A stretch of 26,207 nt of DNA from a virus (IMGVR_UViG_3300027533_000080:1-26207), one strand, 5' to 3'. Counted from the stretch's first letter, positions 1-8,372 are shown. Notes: generated from the sequence alone by a model not told the origin. A program made the numbers and translations.

Positions 1-284
1 CCCGGCGGGAGGCTGGAGGGGTCGCCGCCGAGCAGGGCGCCGATCCGCTGCCGCTCGGCTTCCTTCTCCTGCAGCTCCCACCTGTGCGAGGCCATCTTCA
101 TCGCGAACTCCGGCGACAACTGCGCCAGCGCGCTCTGCGCCTGCGGATCCGACGGGTTGGCGCCGAACGCCGCCAGCGCGCTGCTGAGGCGCCGCTCCTT
201 GCCCTTCGCCTGCCCGCGCTCCCAGCCCTGACGCCACATTGCCCCGGTGTCGACGGGCGTGAACAGGTTCCAGTTGATCGGCAT
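1..284 (-). CDS. Putative virion ejection/DNA-transfer protein, 5' part only (runs off the left edge)
   Basis: Own translation from ATG at 284, directly after the TAG of the 350-aa ORF: MPINWNLFTPVDTGAMWRQGWERGQAKGKERRLSSALAAFGANPSDPQAQSALAQLSPEFAMKM..., open to the window edge. Position after a gp7-like gene suggests the next ejection protein. Confidence 0.65.
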   Translation of the reverse strand, partial: MPINWNLFTPVDTGAMWRQGWERGQAKGKERRLSSALAAFGANPSDPQAQSALAQLSPEFAMKMASHRWELQEKEAERQRIGALLGGDPSSLPP

Positions 285-1337
285 CTATGGGCCTCCCCAC
301 GCAGATCCGCCGCCATAGGCCGGGTTCTGGTAGCTGGTGACGATCGGGCTGTTGTAGCCGCTGCCGCCATAGCCGGTGTAGGCGCCGGGCGCAGGCTGTT
401 GAGACTTGACATATTGCCCGGCGGCGTCGGCGATGCTGCCCGCGATCGAGCCGTACATGTTGGCCGTCCCCTGACCCTGCGCGCCATATATGTTCGACTG
501 GTTGTCGGCGAGGTTCTGCCCGACGCCCATCACGGCTCCGGTTGCCGCGGTGTTGTAGCCCGCCATGCTGTTGGCGGCATTGGCGCCAAGACCCTGCTGT
601 GCCGCCAGCCGGTCCATCCAGCCGCCCAGCTCCTGATTGGCGATGTGGCTGGCGCGGTCCTGCAGCGCGATCTGCGCCGCCGGGCTTTCGTAGTCGCTGC
701 CGAAGTTGTTGGCGACCGCCCGCTGGGCCTCGTCCTGCCGCCACTGGTAGTCGCTCGAGTTGCGGAACTGGTCGAAGGCGCTGAGGGCGCTGGTCGGCTG
801 TCCGGCGGCGTTCATCGCCCCTCCCGGCTGCTGGAGCGCGGCGTAGGGCGACGGTCGCTGCTGGTACATGAAGGTGTCGTAGGCCTGCCGCTCGCCGGGG
901 TGCAGCAGGGACTTGGCGAAGGCCAGCTTCGCCTCCGGCGACCCGCTCATGCGGGCGATCTGCTGGCTCCGCTTGGGGCCGATGGTGTTGGTGCTGCCGT
1001 GGAGCAAATAGTCGAGCTGCGCCTGCGCGTCAGGGCCCGCCGCCGCGGCTGGCATCTGGGCCAATGCGCTGGGCGCCGCTCCGCCGCCGCCACCGGCTGG
1101 TCCGCCGAGCAGCATTTCCATCAGCACGTTCCCGGCGCGCATCCCGCTTTGGGCATAGGGGTCGAGATATTGGCCGCTGCGATCGAGGCCTGCGAAGGCC
1201 AGCTGCGTGTTGTTCGCTGCCGTCTGGGCCTGCGCCTCCAGAGCCCTCTTCTGGGCTTTCTTCTGCGCCTTGTTACCGAGGATGCTGGTGCCGATACCCG
1301 CGAGGGCGGCTCCGGCTGTTGCTGCTGCCATCGGCAT
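285..1337 (-). CDS. Putative DNA-transfer/ejection protein (P22 gp7-like internal virion protein)
   Basis: 350 aa, Ala/Gly/Gln-rich. Hydrophobic N-terminus (AAATAGAALAGIGTSILG) followed by KAQKKAQ..., then LDPYAQSG and F.NSSDYQWR..E motifs typical of podovirus ejection proteins. Follows the GNAT-like gene. Confidence 0.7.
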   Translation of the reverse strand: MPMAAATAGAALAGIGTSILGNKAQKKAQKRALEAQAQTAANNTQLAFAGLDRSGQYLDPYAQSGMRAGNVLMEMLLGGPAGGGGGAAPSALAQMPAAAAGPDAQAQLDYLLHGSTNTIGPKRSQQIARMSGSPEAKLAFAKSLLHPGERQAYDTFMYQQRPSPYAALQQPGGAMNAAGQPTSALSAFDQFRNSSDYQWRQDEAQRAVANNFGSDYESPAAQIALQDRASHIANQELGGWMDRLAAQQGLGANAANSMAGYNTAATGAVMGVGQNLADNQSNIYGAQGQGTANMYGSIAGSIADAAGQYVKSQQPAPGAYTGYGGSGYNSPIVTSYQNPAYGGGSAWGGP

Positions 1338-1338
1338 G

Positions 1339-1794
1339 TCAAAGGCCTTTCATCTCGAACAGTTCGCAGACGCCCGTGGGGGAGTAGATCAGGGCCATCT
1401 GCACGATCCCGAGAGACCTGAAGCCAAGCTGACGATTGAACCACCTCGCAGGACGGTTCTCGACCGGCGGCGCCCGCCACAGTTTCTCGGCACCATATTC
1501 CTCGAACATGAGCCGGATCGCCTCGCGACCCTTGGCTAGGGCATCCTTGCCGCGCACGAGGTAGAAGCTGTGCGCTTCGTAGATCCCGGGCCCTCTCCAG
1601 TGAAAGAACTGACCGCCGCCCTCGTCGAACAGGAGGATGTTCTTGAGATCCGCCAACAGCGCGGTCGGATCCAGCACCTGATCGCCGGGGCCAATGGTGG
1701 GTCGAACGGTTGGATGATTGAGGATCGACGCGATCTCAGCAGCATCCTCGACCGTTGCCCGTCTAATTGCTCCGTTGCCACCGTATCGCCCCAT
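1339..1794 (-). CDS. GNAT-fold virion-assembly protein (DUF2824/P22 gp14-like)
   Basis: 151 aa with IRRATVEDA..I, YEAH and N.PA..F...LGF..LG acetyltransferase-like motifs. Canonical position between tail and ejection genes. Confidence 0.7.
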   Translation of the reverse strand: MGRYGGNGAIRRATVEDAAEIASILNHPTVRPTIGPGDQVLDPTALLADLKNILLFDEGGGQFFHWRGPGIYEAHSFYLVRGKDALAKGREAIRLMFEEYGAEKLWRAPPVENRPARWFNRQLGFRSLGIVQMALIYSPTGVCELFEMKGL

Positions 1795-1810
1795 CGTCTC
1801 TTTCCGTCAA

Positions 1811-2362
1811 TCAGGGGATGACCTGCGCGCTCGCCCCTGCCGTGTAGCCGGATCCTGCTGGCGGACATCCGCCTGTCGTCGGGCCTGCGCCGTCGGCTGG
1901 CGTGGTGACCGTGCCGCAATAGTGGCGCCCGATCGCCCAGTTGTGCTGCGCCTCCTGAAGGTAGGGCGTGGCGTGATATTCGGGCGCGGCATCGGCCCGG
2001 CTCTCGTCGTCATAATAGACGCCGTACTTGGTGCCGAAGGCGAGGCCGGTGATGGTGCCGCCGGTCAGCGCGATCTGCACGGCATTGCTGTAGCGGCGGA
2101 TGTGGCTGGGGATGCTGATCGTCACGCTGCTACCTACGTCCGTAGCAGTCAGGATCATGGTCGGGATGGTGAAAGACCCGAGGATCGCCAGCTGGTCGGC
2201 CATGCCGCCGGGAGCGGTGATGCCGGTGTCGAGGGCGTCGATGACGTTCTGCTGGATCAGGTCGTTGCGCTCGATCGCTTCCTTGACCTGCTGCCACCAG
2301 ACCTGAAACGACGGCCAGCCCGGCTCGGTCGGCGGCAGCGGCGGAAGCTCCAGCCTAGCCAC
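1811..2362 (-). CDS. Putative tail/virion structural protein
   Basis: 183 aa, overlaps the gp10-like gene. N-terminal LPPLP...WWQQV then a beta-rich Thr/Gly region. Confidence 0.55.
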   Translation of the reverse strand: MARLELPPLPPTEPGWPSFQVWWQQVKEAIERNDLIQQNVIDALDTGITAPGGMADQLAILGSFTIPTMILTATDVGSSVTISIPSHIRRYSNAVQIALTGGTITGLAFGTKYGVYYDDESRADAAPEYHATPYLQEAQHNWAIGRHYCGTVTTPADGAGPTTGGCPPAGSGYTAGASAQVIP

Positions 2363-3740
2363 GCGCTCGACCTCCCGCCGGTTCGTTGATGAGGACGCCG
2401 GAGACGCGAAGCGGGGTCGGATCCGTCAGGCGGAAATCGATCATGCAGCCGGGCGCGTCGAAGTAGCCGAGGCGGCGCCAGCGCGGGCGCTTGCGATACT
2501 GCCCCTCGAGGCCCAGCGGAGCGGTCCGCCACATGCTGAAATTGTGCCCGCGATCGCGGCTGGTCCGCATCTCGATCTGGGGGATGACGCCGGGCCAGTC
2601 GTCGGCCTTGATGTTGCCCGGGTTGCACTCGATCTCGAGCAGGTCGACCGGGACCGATCCGCCCTTGATGGGGAAGCCAGCGGTGAATTCGCGGATGAGC
2701 TTCTCGCCGTCGTCGGTCCAGTCGTCGCCGAATTCATAGATCTTGCCGTCGGTGTCGGATCCGAACTGGACGCCGCTCTCCAGCATCGCAGCGCATTGCC
2801 CCAGAAAGTTACCGTGGTTGAATGTCGTGAATTCAGGCCACTCGTTGCCGCCCGCCGGATCGAACACCCATGTCCCGCCGTCGAGGCGGACGCAGAGGAA
2901 GCTGTGGCCTTCGAACAGGAAGGTGAACATGCGGTAGTGCGCGCTCTGGGCGATGCGTTCCTCGAGGGCGTGGTTGCTCATCCTCGTCGGGACGTCGGCC
3001 ATGCGATAGATGACGCCGTCGTGCCCGACCCAGTGCAGCGCATTGTCGAACATGGTCGCCGTGCCGGTGGCGATGATGCCCTTCGGCGCCGTCCGCTGGA
3101 TGATCCGCTTGAGCGGCAGGTTGACGTCGTTCTTGTCGTAGTAATGGGTCTCGGTGCTTTCCTCGCCGAGCAGGAAGAGGTTCTCGCCGATGCTCATGCA
3201 GTCGAGCAGGTCGTCGGGCATCGACTGGGCCGCGGCGTAGGATATCGCCAGCACGGAGCGGGCATTGTTGACCTCGGACCAGTAGAAGTGGTGCGACCCG
3301 TCCTTGAGGAAGATGAACATGCCGCCGATCGTGCCGCACACCGAGCGGACGTTGAAGCCGTCGGGCATGGGGATCGCGGCGAGATCTCCCTCGCGGTAGC
3401 TGTAGGCGGTCTGGCCGCAGGTCACGACCACTTCCATCTTGGAGTTGGCCCAGCGCGGGATCCCGTCGCCGTCGATCGGGCCGACCAGCGAGGTGCCGCG
3501 GTACAGCTCGCCGCCGCTGACGGTGAAGGCGTCGCCATTGAACAGGCCGGGCTTCTGGAAATGGTCGCGGATCGGGCCCTCGCCGACCTCGTACGCCAAG
3601 CGCAGGCCGGGCCTCGACAGCAGGGCGGCGCCGCTCTCAGCTGACGGCGAGGCCTCGGGGAACATGTTCTTCAGCTTCAGCTCGGCGAAGTCTCCGCGAT
3701 CGCGCCGGTAGGCTCCATTGCCGTAGAGGATGTCAGGCAT
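2355..3740 (-). CDS. Packaged-DNA stabilisation / tail hub protein (P22 gp10-like)
   Basis: 461 aa. N(M)FPE, L..RPGL, A.S.PD.L, G..STE, C-terminal S.D.G..FS...LG..GQY..R.RWRRLG pattern characteristic of gp10-like beta-propeller proteins. Confidence 0.8.
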   Translation of the reverse strand: MPDILYGNGAYRRDRGDFAELKLKNMFPEASPSAESGAALLSRPGLRLAYEVGEGPIRDHFQKPGLFNGDAFTVSGGELYRGTSLVGPIDGDGIPRWANSKMEVVVTCGQTAYSYREGDLAAIPMPDGFNVRSVCGTIGGMFIFLKDGSHHFYWSEVNNARSVLAISYAAAQSMPDDLLDCMSIGENLFLLGEESTETHYYDKNDVNLPLKRIIQRTAPKGIIATGTATMFDNALHWVGHDGVIYRMADVPTRMSNHALEERIAQSAHYRMFTFLFEGHSFLCVRLDGGTWVFDPAGGNEWPEFTTFNHGNFLGQCAAMLESGVQFGSDTDGKIYEFGDDWTDDGEKLIREFTAGFPIKGGSVPVDLLEIECNPGNIKADDWPGVIPQIEMRTSRDRGHNFSMWRTAPLGLEGQYRKRPRWRRLGYFDAPGCMIDFRLTDPTPLRVSGVLINEPAGGRARG

Positions 3741-4425
3741 ATGCGGCGTCCTGCGTCCACGGCTGGAAGACGATGCTGTCAGGCCGGTCGCTGTCGTACA
3801 TCTCCTGCTCGAGGACCGCGGCGCGCTGCTTGACGTCGGCCACGGTCGCCTGATCGATCCGGCTGGCGCCGAACATCCCGGCGATGCGCGAGGCCAGCCC
3901 GAGGATCACGGTCTCGGCGAACTCTTGGCTTATGTCGATCGTCTCGCCGGGCTCGGTGATGGTCTGGGCCGCCCGCTGGAAATCGGCGTGCAGCAGGATG
4001 TCGACGGCAGGCACCGGCCAGACGTAGATCTGCACGCTGTCGGTGTCTCGCTTGACGTAGAAGCAGGTCGGGTTGCCGATCGCCGAGCGGTTGGGCATCG
4101 AGTAATATTCGTCGCGGTTCCACTGGGCGAGGATCCGCTGGTTGGTCGGGCTGACGATCTGCCGCACCGAGTTGATGTCGCGCACCGCCTGCTGAAGCGT
4201 GACGGCGCCGGTCCCGCCCGGGACGAGCAGGGTGCCGACCTCGTCGCGCCACAGATTGGCCTTCCTCGACCAGCCCTTCAGCATGGCGTTGAAGCGCACC
4301 ATGCAGTCGATCATCTCGTGGCTGTCAGGATCCTCGCCCGCGTTCAGCACGCCAAGCTCGATCATCGCCTGCTGGACGATCTCGCCTGCGGTCAGGGGCC
4401 AGTTGTAGACGCCGCTGGTAGCCAT
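3733..4425 (-). CDS. Head-tail adaptor (P22 gp4 / tail tubular protein A-like)
   Basis: 230 aa. MATSG.Y.W.LTAGEIV..A..ELGV...GE, N.ML..W, G.PT.FY, VWPVP, LA.RIA motifs. AGGAG RBS upstream. Confidence 0.75.
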   Translation of the reverse strand: MATSGVYNWPLTAGEIVQQAMIELGVLNAGEDPDSHEMIDCMVRFNAMLKGWSRKANLWRDEVGTLLVPGGTGAVTLQQAVRDINSVRQIVSPTNQRILAQWNRDEYYSMPNRSAIGNPTCFYVKRDTDSVQIYVWPVPAVDILLHADFQRAAQTITEPGETIDISQEFAETVILGLASRIAGMFGASRIDQATVADVKQRAAVLEQEMYDSDRPDSIVFQPWTQDAAYA

Positions 4426-4434
4426 GTCGGTCTC

Positions 4435-4668
4435 CTATAGATCCTCACCCGGTGGAATTGGATAGTCCTCGCGAAACACCGGCTCGGTGGCCGGGGCCGC
4501 GGTCGGCAGCGGGACGCCCTCCGGCTTGACCACCGGGGCCTTCATCTCGGCTGGTTTGGGATCGCGGCAGGTATCGAGGCAGACCCGCAGGCCGGTCCAT
4601 TCCTTGGTCAGCTCATTGAGCCTCCGCTTGAAGCCGCAACGAGCGCATTCACCCCATGGAGCCGCCAT
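4435..4668 (-). CDS. Small Zn-finger-like phage protein
   Basis: 77 aa with CxxCGF...L..EWTGL.VCxxxC.DP, a small gene often seen just upstream of the adaptor in such modules. Its TAG overlaps the adaptor RBS. Confidence 0.7.
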   Translation of the reverse strand: MAAPWGECARCGFKRRLNELTKEWTGLRVCLDTCRDPKPAEMKAPVVKPEGVPLPTAAPATEPVFREDYPIPPGEDL

Positions 4669-4701
4669 GAAAACAATTCCTGCCTAATTGCAAAAGGGCT
4701 G

Positions 4702-4773
4702 TTGACACACGGACATTCCGTCCGTACTGAGGGTCTATCGGGCCGCACGGCCACCATACAGAGGAACGAACAA
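4702..4773 (+). promoter_or_regulatory. Expression cassette P1: sigma70-type promoter, operator, 5' hairpin, RBS
   Basis: TTGACA 4702-4707, 17-bp spacer, TACTGA 4725-4730. Palindrome ACGGAC-N5-GTCCGT 4709-4725. GGCC-GCAC-GGCC 4741-4752. GAGGA RBS. ATG at 4774. Confidence 0.85.
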
Positions 4774-5256
4774 ATGCCCAAGACCATTCACACCGCCACT
4801 GCTCCCAACGGCCAGACCTTCAAGCGCACCTCGCAGAACCGGGTCTACAGCCACATCGCGCTGGGCCGCCGCTGTAAGGTCGAAGCCCTGCGCCGCGCCA
4901 ACTCGAAAGAGGCTCAGGTCTCCGATGGTCGCAACTGGGACTATTACAACAACTGCGCCACCGGGAAGGCGACCTACTCGGCCTACGTCCTCAGTGGCTC
5001 GCCCGAGTTCGTGGCGAAAATTAAGGCCCGCGACATCGAGAGCGGCAAGGAGTTTCTCGCCAAGCACCCCGATCGCGCCGCCTACATCGCCCAGCAGCAT
5101 GCCGAGCGCCTCGCCAATGTCGAAGACACCAATTTCGACCTGTGGCTCGACCTCGGCTGGGCCAGCCGCACCGACCTCGCCCTCAAGAACGCTGCCAGCC
5201 ACGCCAGCAAGCCCTACTGGGCCGAGACCATCATCGTCGAGGCCGTCACCAAGTAA
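4774..5256 (+). CDS. Hypothetical protein (160 aa), first gene of cassette P1
   Basis: MPKTIHTATAPNGQTFKRTSQNRVYSH...; RBS upstream, strong C-ending codon bias. The ORF-track start at 4702 is the -35 box. Confidence 0.85.
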   Translation: MPKTIHTATAPNGQTFKRTSQNRVYSHIALGRRCKVEALRRANSKEAQVSDGRNWDYYNNCATGKATYSAYVLSGSPEFVAKIKARDIESGKEFLAKHPDRAAYIAQQHAERLANVEDTNFDLWLDLGWASRTDLALKNAASHASKPYWAETIIVEAVTK

Positions 5257-5262
5257 TCAACC

Positions 5263-5278
5263 GGGGGCTTCGGCCCCC
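5263..5278 (+). other. cUUCGg-capped RNA hairpin upstream of the 5301 ORF
   Basis: GGGGGC-TTCG-GCCCCC perfect stem, no U-tract, followed by AAGGAG RBS. Confidence 0.7.
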
Positions 5279-5300
5279 ACCACACCGAAGGAGAACACCC

Positions 5301-5474
5301 GTGAACGTCGAACTAGTCACCCTGATCGGCAAGCTGGAAGCTGCCCACGAAGACGCCATGAAGCTGGCCCAGAAGCAGCGCAATGGCACCATCACCCAGA
5401 AGCGCCTGCTCGCCGCCTTCTCCCTGATCCGCAAGGCGCAGGACGAGATCACGATGGCGGGTGCTGGCCTGTAA
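5301..5474 (+). CDS. Hypothetical protein (57 aa, helical)
   Basis: GTG at 5301 after AAGGAG; MNVELVTLIGKLEAAHEDAMKLAQKQ... Confidence 0.75.
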   Translation: MNVELVTLIGKLEAAHEDAMKLAQKQRNGTITQKRLLAAFSLIRKAQDEITMAGAGL

Positions 5475-5493
5475 AATAATTGCAAATGAGCTG

Positions 5494-5565
5494 TTGACAG
5501 GTGGACAGGCTGTCCGTAAAAGGGGTTATCGGGCCAAACGGCCCACCGACAAAGGGAACTTGAAA
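5494..5565 (+). promoter_or_regulatory. Expression cassette P2
   Basis: TTGACA 5494-5499, 17 bp, TAAAAG 5517-5522. GGACA-GGC-TGTCC 5503-5515. GGGCC-AAAC-GGCCC 5531-5544. AAGGGA RBS. ATG at 5566. Confidence 0.85.
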
Positions 5566-5859
5566 ATGACCTTCGAACCGATCTCAGACCTCGAAATCGC
5601 CGCCCGCAAGCTGCTCCACGACGACAACCGCGAGTACCGCATTTTCGAGGGGCAGGCCCGCAACAGCATCCGCGTCGCTTTCAAGGCCTGCTGGTGCGGA
5701 TCCTACGAGCCGCATGAGGTCGCCCGCATCATCAAGGGCGTGCAGGGCCTCGACATCAGCGTCGACGTCATCAAGCAGACCCTCACCAAGATGGTCCGCG
5801 CCAAGACCCTTCGCAGCCGTCTGATCGGCGGTCTGCGCCACTACGAACTCAACTACTAG
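5566..5859 (+). CDS. Hypothetical protein (97 aa), possible winged-helix DNA-binding fold
   Basis: MTFEPISDLEI...EVARIIKGVQGLDISVDVIKQTLTKMVRAKTLRSRLIGGLRHYELNY; helix-helix-wing pattern at the C-terminus. Confidence 0.75.
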   Translation: MTFEPISDLEIAARKLLHDDNREYRIFEGQARNSIRVAFKACWCGSYEPHEVARIIKGVQGLDISVDVIKQTLTKMVRAKTLRSRLIGGLRHYELNY

Positions 5860-5900
5860 GATCCAGCACTGGCCCACGGCCAACCGAAAGGGAGAATGAA

Positions 5901-6116
5901 ATGACCGCGCACACCGAAGAGTTCACCTTCACGAGGGCCTTCAGCCTCGACGAAGGCACCGGGACCAAGCTGAACGTCAGCGTGACCCACACAACCGCCA
6001 CCGGCAAGTTCGAGAGCGTCACCTTCTGCGATCCCGACCGCGACCAGATGGTCAGCGTTCCCGCGGATCTGTGGGACCGCGTTGTCGCCGCCGTCGAACG
6101 CCAGAGGGAGTTTTAA
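5901..6116 (+). CDS. Hypothetical protein (71 aa)
   Basis: GGGAG RBS, preceded by TGGCC-CAC-GGCCA hairpin (5870-5882). Confidence 0.8.
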   Translation: MTAHTEEFTFTRAFSLDEGTGTKLNVSVTHTTATGKFESVTFCDPDRDQMVSVPADLWDRVVAAVERQREF

Positions 6117-6119
6117 ATC

Positions 6120-6470
6120 ATGAAGGTCTACCTATCCAAAGACGGGCGGTTCGAAGCCCCCGGCAAGCAGAGTAAGGGCGCCGAGAAGATCGACGTCCCG
6201 ACCGACACCGCCGGGCTGGTCGACTACCTCAACGAACTGACCGCCAACGTCCCGCCGCAGGACGCGCTCGAGTTCGAGCCCGCCCCGCCACCGACCCGCG
6301 GACCGGATCCCGAACTGGTCAAGATCGGCGAGACCCTGCGCCAGACCAGCTGGACGACCGACAGCATCGTCGACTTCATCCTCGACGGCGCCACCGTCTC
6401 TCAGGTCGAGCGGCTGTTCTCCTGCATCGGCACCCGCTTCGCCGAACTGGTCAAGGGGGTGCGCGCATGA
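6120..6470 (+). CDS. Hypothetical protein (116 aa)
   Basis: GGGAG RBS, 3 nt after the previous stop; ATGA overlap with the next gene. Confidence 0.8.
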   Translation: MKVYLSKDGRFEAPGKQSKGAEKIDVPTDTAGLVDYLNELTANVPPQDALEFEPAPPPTRGPDPELVKIGETLRQTSWTTDSIVDFILDGATVSQVERLFSCIGTRFAELVKGVRA

Positions 6471-6976
6471 AGATCCGCCGCCCGCGCCGTCTCCCATTGC
6501 TGGAGGCGGCGCTCGAGATGGAGGCGCCGCTGGGCCTCTGCATCCACCGCTCCGCCGCCTTCGTGTTCGACGCTCCCGGCTCGATCCTCGTCTTCGGCAC
6601 CATCCAGCCGGTCGAGCGGTCGGAGGCCGTCGAGGGCGACAGCGCGGTGCCGTTCATCCACTGCTGGGCCGAGTACCGCGGCCATGTCATCGCCCCGACC
6701 ACGATCGAGCGGACAGGCGGCAAGCTCTGCCCGCTGACGAAGGCCGGTTACTACGCCATAAACGGGGTCTGTGACGTCCACACGCTGACCCGGCCCCAAC
6801 TGCTCGCCCTCGATCGCCAACACGGTCTCAGGCGCGCTCTGAGGCTCAACACCGAGTGCCGCAGCGGCGCCAGCTTCGGCGGCACCCTGCTCGATGCCGC
6901 TGGCGTGGCGTGGAAGGATTACGGCGATGGCGGCGTCGTGCCGATTTATGTCGAAGACCTCGAAAATAGTGCTTGA
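6467..6976 (+). CDS. Hypothetical protein (169 aa), possible transglutaminase/papain-like Cys-His fold
   Basis: ATGA coupling. LCIHRS...LVFG...HCWAE..G.VI.PT motif. Stop TGA lies inside the P3 -35 box. Confidence 0.7.
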   Translation: MKIRRPRRLPLLEAALEMEAPLGLCIHRSAAFVFDAPGSILVFGTIQPVERSEAVEGDSAVPFIHCWAEYRGHVIAPTTIERTGGKLCPLTKAGYYAINGVCDVHTLTRPQLLALDRQHGLRRALRLNTECRSGASFGGTLLDAAGVAWKDYGDGGVVPIYVEDLENSA

Positions 6977-7044
6977 CGACCGGACATGGTGTCCCTAGAG
7001 AGGGGTTATCGGGCCGCTGGCCCATCCGACCACGGAGACACGAA
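6973..7044 (+). promoter_or_regulatory. Expression cassette P3
   Basis: TTGACG 6973-6978, 17 bp, TAGAGA 6996-7001. GGACA-TGG-TGTCC 6982-6994. GGGCC-GCT-GGCCC 7011-7023. GGAG RBS. ATG at 7045. Confidence 0.85.
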
Positions 7045-7230
7045 ATGTACGACATCCAGAACACCATCCAAGAGCTAGAGTTCGCGATCAAGGGCATCGC
7101 CCACATCCGCGCCAACCTCGCCAACCAGACCCGCACCAAGCAGGGCCGCTACAACGTCGACCAGCAGCTGGAAATGCTCTCTGCCCGCGTCCGCCTCGGT
7201 CTGCTCACCCTGCAGCAGGAAGCCAAGTAA
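7045..7230 (+). CDS. Hypothetical protein (61 aa, helical)
   Basis: MYDIQNTIQELEFAIKGIAHIRANLANQ...; first gene of P3. Confidence 0.8.
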   Translation: MYDIQNTIQELEFAIKGIAHIRANLANQTRTKQGRYNVDQQLEMLSARVRLGLLTLQQEAK

Positions 7231-7231
7231 C

Positions 7232-7732
7232 ATGACCTACCTCACCGCAGCCCCAGCCCCCACTGCCGCCCAGCTGGCCGAGATCGAGAAGCTGCAGAAG
7301 CAGGCCTCGGACGCTCTCCGCCGCCGCGAGGAAAGCTGGGAGCGCAGCGACACCGACGGCTTCCTCAGCCAGTGGGCCAACGGCATGACCGCCCAGCTGA
7401 ACGACGCCAAGGTCGCGATCCTGAAGAACGGCGGCTACGCCCGCTTCCGCGTCCTGTGCGACGGTGACGGCAACGTCGTCTCGACCAAGGAATATTGGTT
7501 CACCAACCCCTACAGCTTCGTCCGCGAGGGCAAGTGGCGCCTGCCCGAGAGCCTCGCCGACGGTCTGGGCCGCAAGTGGATCCCGGTCGGCGACAAGAGC
7601 CGCATCCAGAAGCGCCTCGGCCTGCACGAAGAGAGCCGCTGGTTCCCGGCCTACGCCGAGATCACGGGCGGAGGCAAGGGCCTCGGCGGAGCCGCCTCCT
7701 GCTACGTCGGCACCTTCCAGAAGGCCGCATGA
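7232..7732 (+). CDS. Phage hypothetical protein (166 aa) with ESWERSDTDGFLSQWA motif
   Basis: 1 nt after the previous stop with AGGA RBS. The motif is recalled from uncharacterised phage proteins (not searched). Confidence 0.85.
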   Translation: MTYLTAAPAPTAAQLAEIEKLQKQASDALRRREESWERSDTDGFLSQWANGMTAQLNDAKVAILKNGGYARFRVLCDGDGNVVSTKEYWFTNPYSFVREGKWRLPESLADGLGRKWIPVGDKSRIQKRLGLHEESRWFPAYAEITGGGKGLGGAASCYVGTFQKAA

Positions 7733-7740
7733 AATAGTTG

Positions 7741-7812
7741 TTGACGCCCGGTCAGAATGTCCGTAATGGATGTCCTACCGGGCCAGTGGCCCATCCGAAC
7801 TGGAGAGTGAAC
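7741..7812 (+). promoter_or_regulatory. Expression cassette P4
   Basis: TTGACG 7741-7746, 17 bp, TAATGG 7764-7769. GGTCA-GAA-TGTCC 7750-7762 (one mismatch). GGGCC-AGT-GGCCC 7780-7792. GGAGAG RBS. ATG at 7813. Confidence 0.85.
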
Positions 7813-8010
7813 ATGGAAAAGTACATCCGGGTCAAGGCTTGGCTCCCCTGCCGCACCAGCAAGAGCTACGGCTTCTACCCCACCCCCAAGTACATCGGCC
7901 AGATCGTCAACGATGACGGATCACTCACCGACGTCACGGGCAAGTGCGGCACCCGCCGGGCGGCTTTCCTCCGCGCCCTCAACATCCTCAACCAGCGGGG
8001 CTGCAAGTAA
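7813..8010 (+). CDS. Hypothetical protein (65 aa, basic)
   Basis: MEKYIRVKAWLPCRTSKSYGFYPTPKY...; first gene of P4; TAATG coupling to the next ORF. Confidence 0.8.
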   Translation: MEKYIRVKAWLPCRTSKSYGFYPTPKYIGQIVNDDGSLTDVTGKCGTRRAAFLRALNILNQRGCK

Positions 8011-8171
8011 TGAGCTACGTCCACATCCGCACTTACACCGACGCCCGTCTGGCAGACCTGATCCGCTCCCACGGGCGCGGCGGCGACGGCGAGATCGATG
8101 TCTCTTTCCTCGCTGCGCTGACCGCCGAACTGGTGCGGCGTGGCACCAGCTACATCTCGAACAAGGGGTAA
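8010..8171 (+). CDS. Hypothetical protein (53 aa)
   Basis: TAATG overlap; MSYVHIRTYTDARLADLIRSHG... Confidence 0.75.
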   Translation: MSYVHIRTYTDARLADLIRSHGRGGDGEIDVSFLAALTAELVRRGTSYISNKG

Positions 8172-8175
8172 TTTC

Positions 8176-8370
8176 ATGGCCGACATCCGCATCCAGAACG
8201 AGGGGACGATCTTCCTCTTCACCCCGATCTCCGACGAGGCGATCGAGTGGTGGGAGACCCATGTCGAGGAAGGCATGACCTACTGCGGCGCGCATGTCGC
8301 CGACCACCGGCCCGCCGCGGCCATCATCGACGGCCTGATCGAGGCCGGTTTTGAAATCGAAGGGATCTGA
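8176..8370 (+). CDS. Small acidic hypothetical protein (64 aa)
   Basis: AAGGGG RBS; MADIRIQNEGTIFLFTPISDEAIEWWETHVEE...; 13 D/E versus 2 R and no K. Confidence 0.8.
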   Translation: MADIRIQNEGTIFLFTPISDEAIEWWETHVEEGMTYCGAHVADHRPAAAIIDGLIEAGFEIEGI

Positions 8371-8372
8371 CA

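Noticed and set aside
84-4440. Long plus-strand ORFs (84-1421, 2544-3644, 3730-4440) opposite the tail genes
   Set aside because: Antisense shadows of high-GC coding sequence, with no RBS or motifs.
5263-5278. Calling the UUCG hairpin an intrinsic terminator
   Set aside because: No U-tract on either strand; its context matches the leader hairpins instead.
4702-7812. ORF-track starts at 4702, 5461, 6973 and 7738 (N-terminal extensions through the cassettes)
   Set aside because: These TTG/GTG codons are in or upstream of the -35 boxes and lack an RBS; the RBS-preceded ATGs 72 nt downstream of each -35 are far more plausible.
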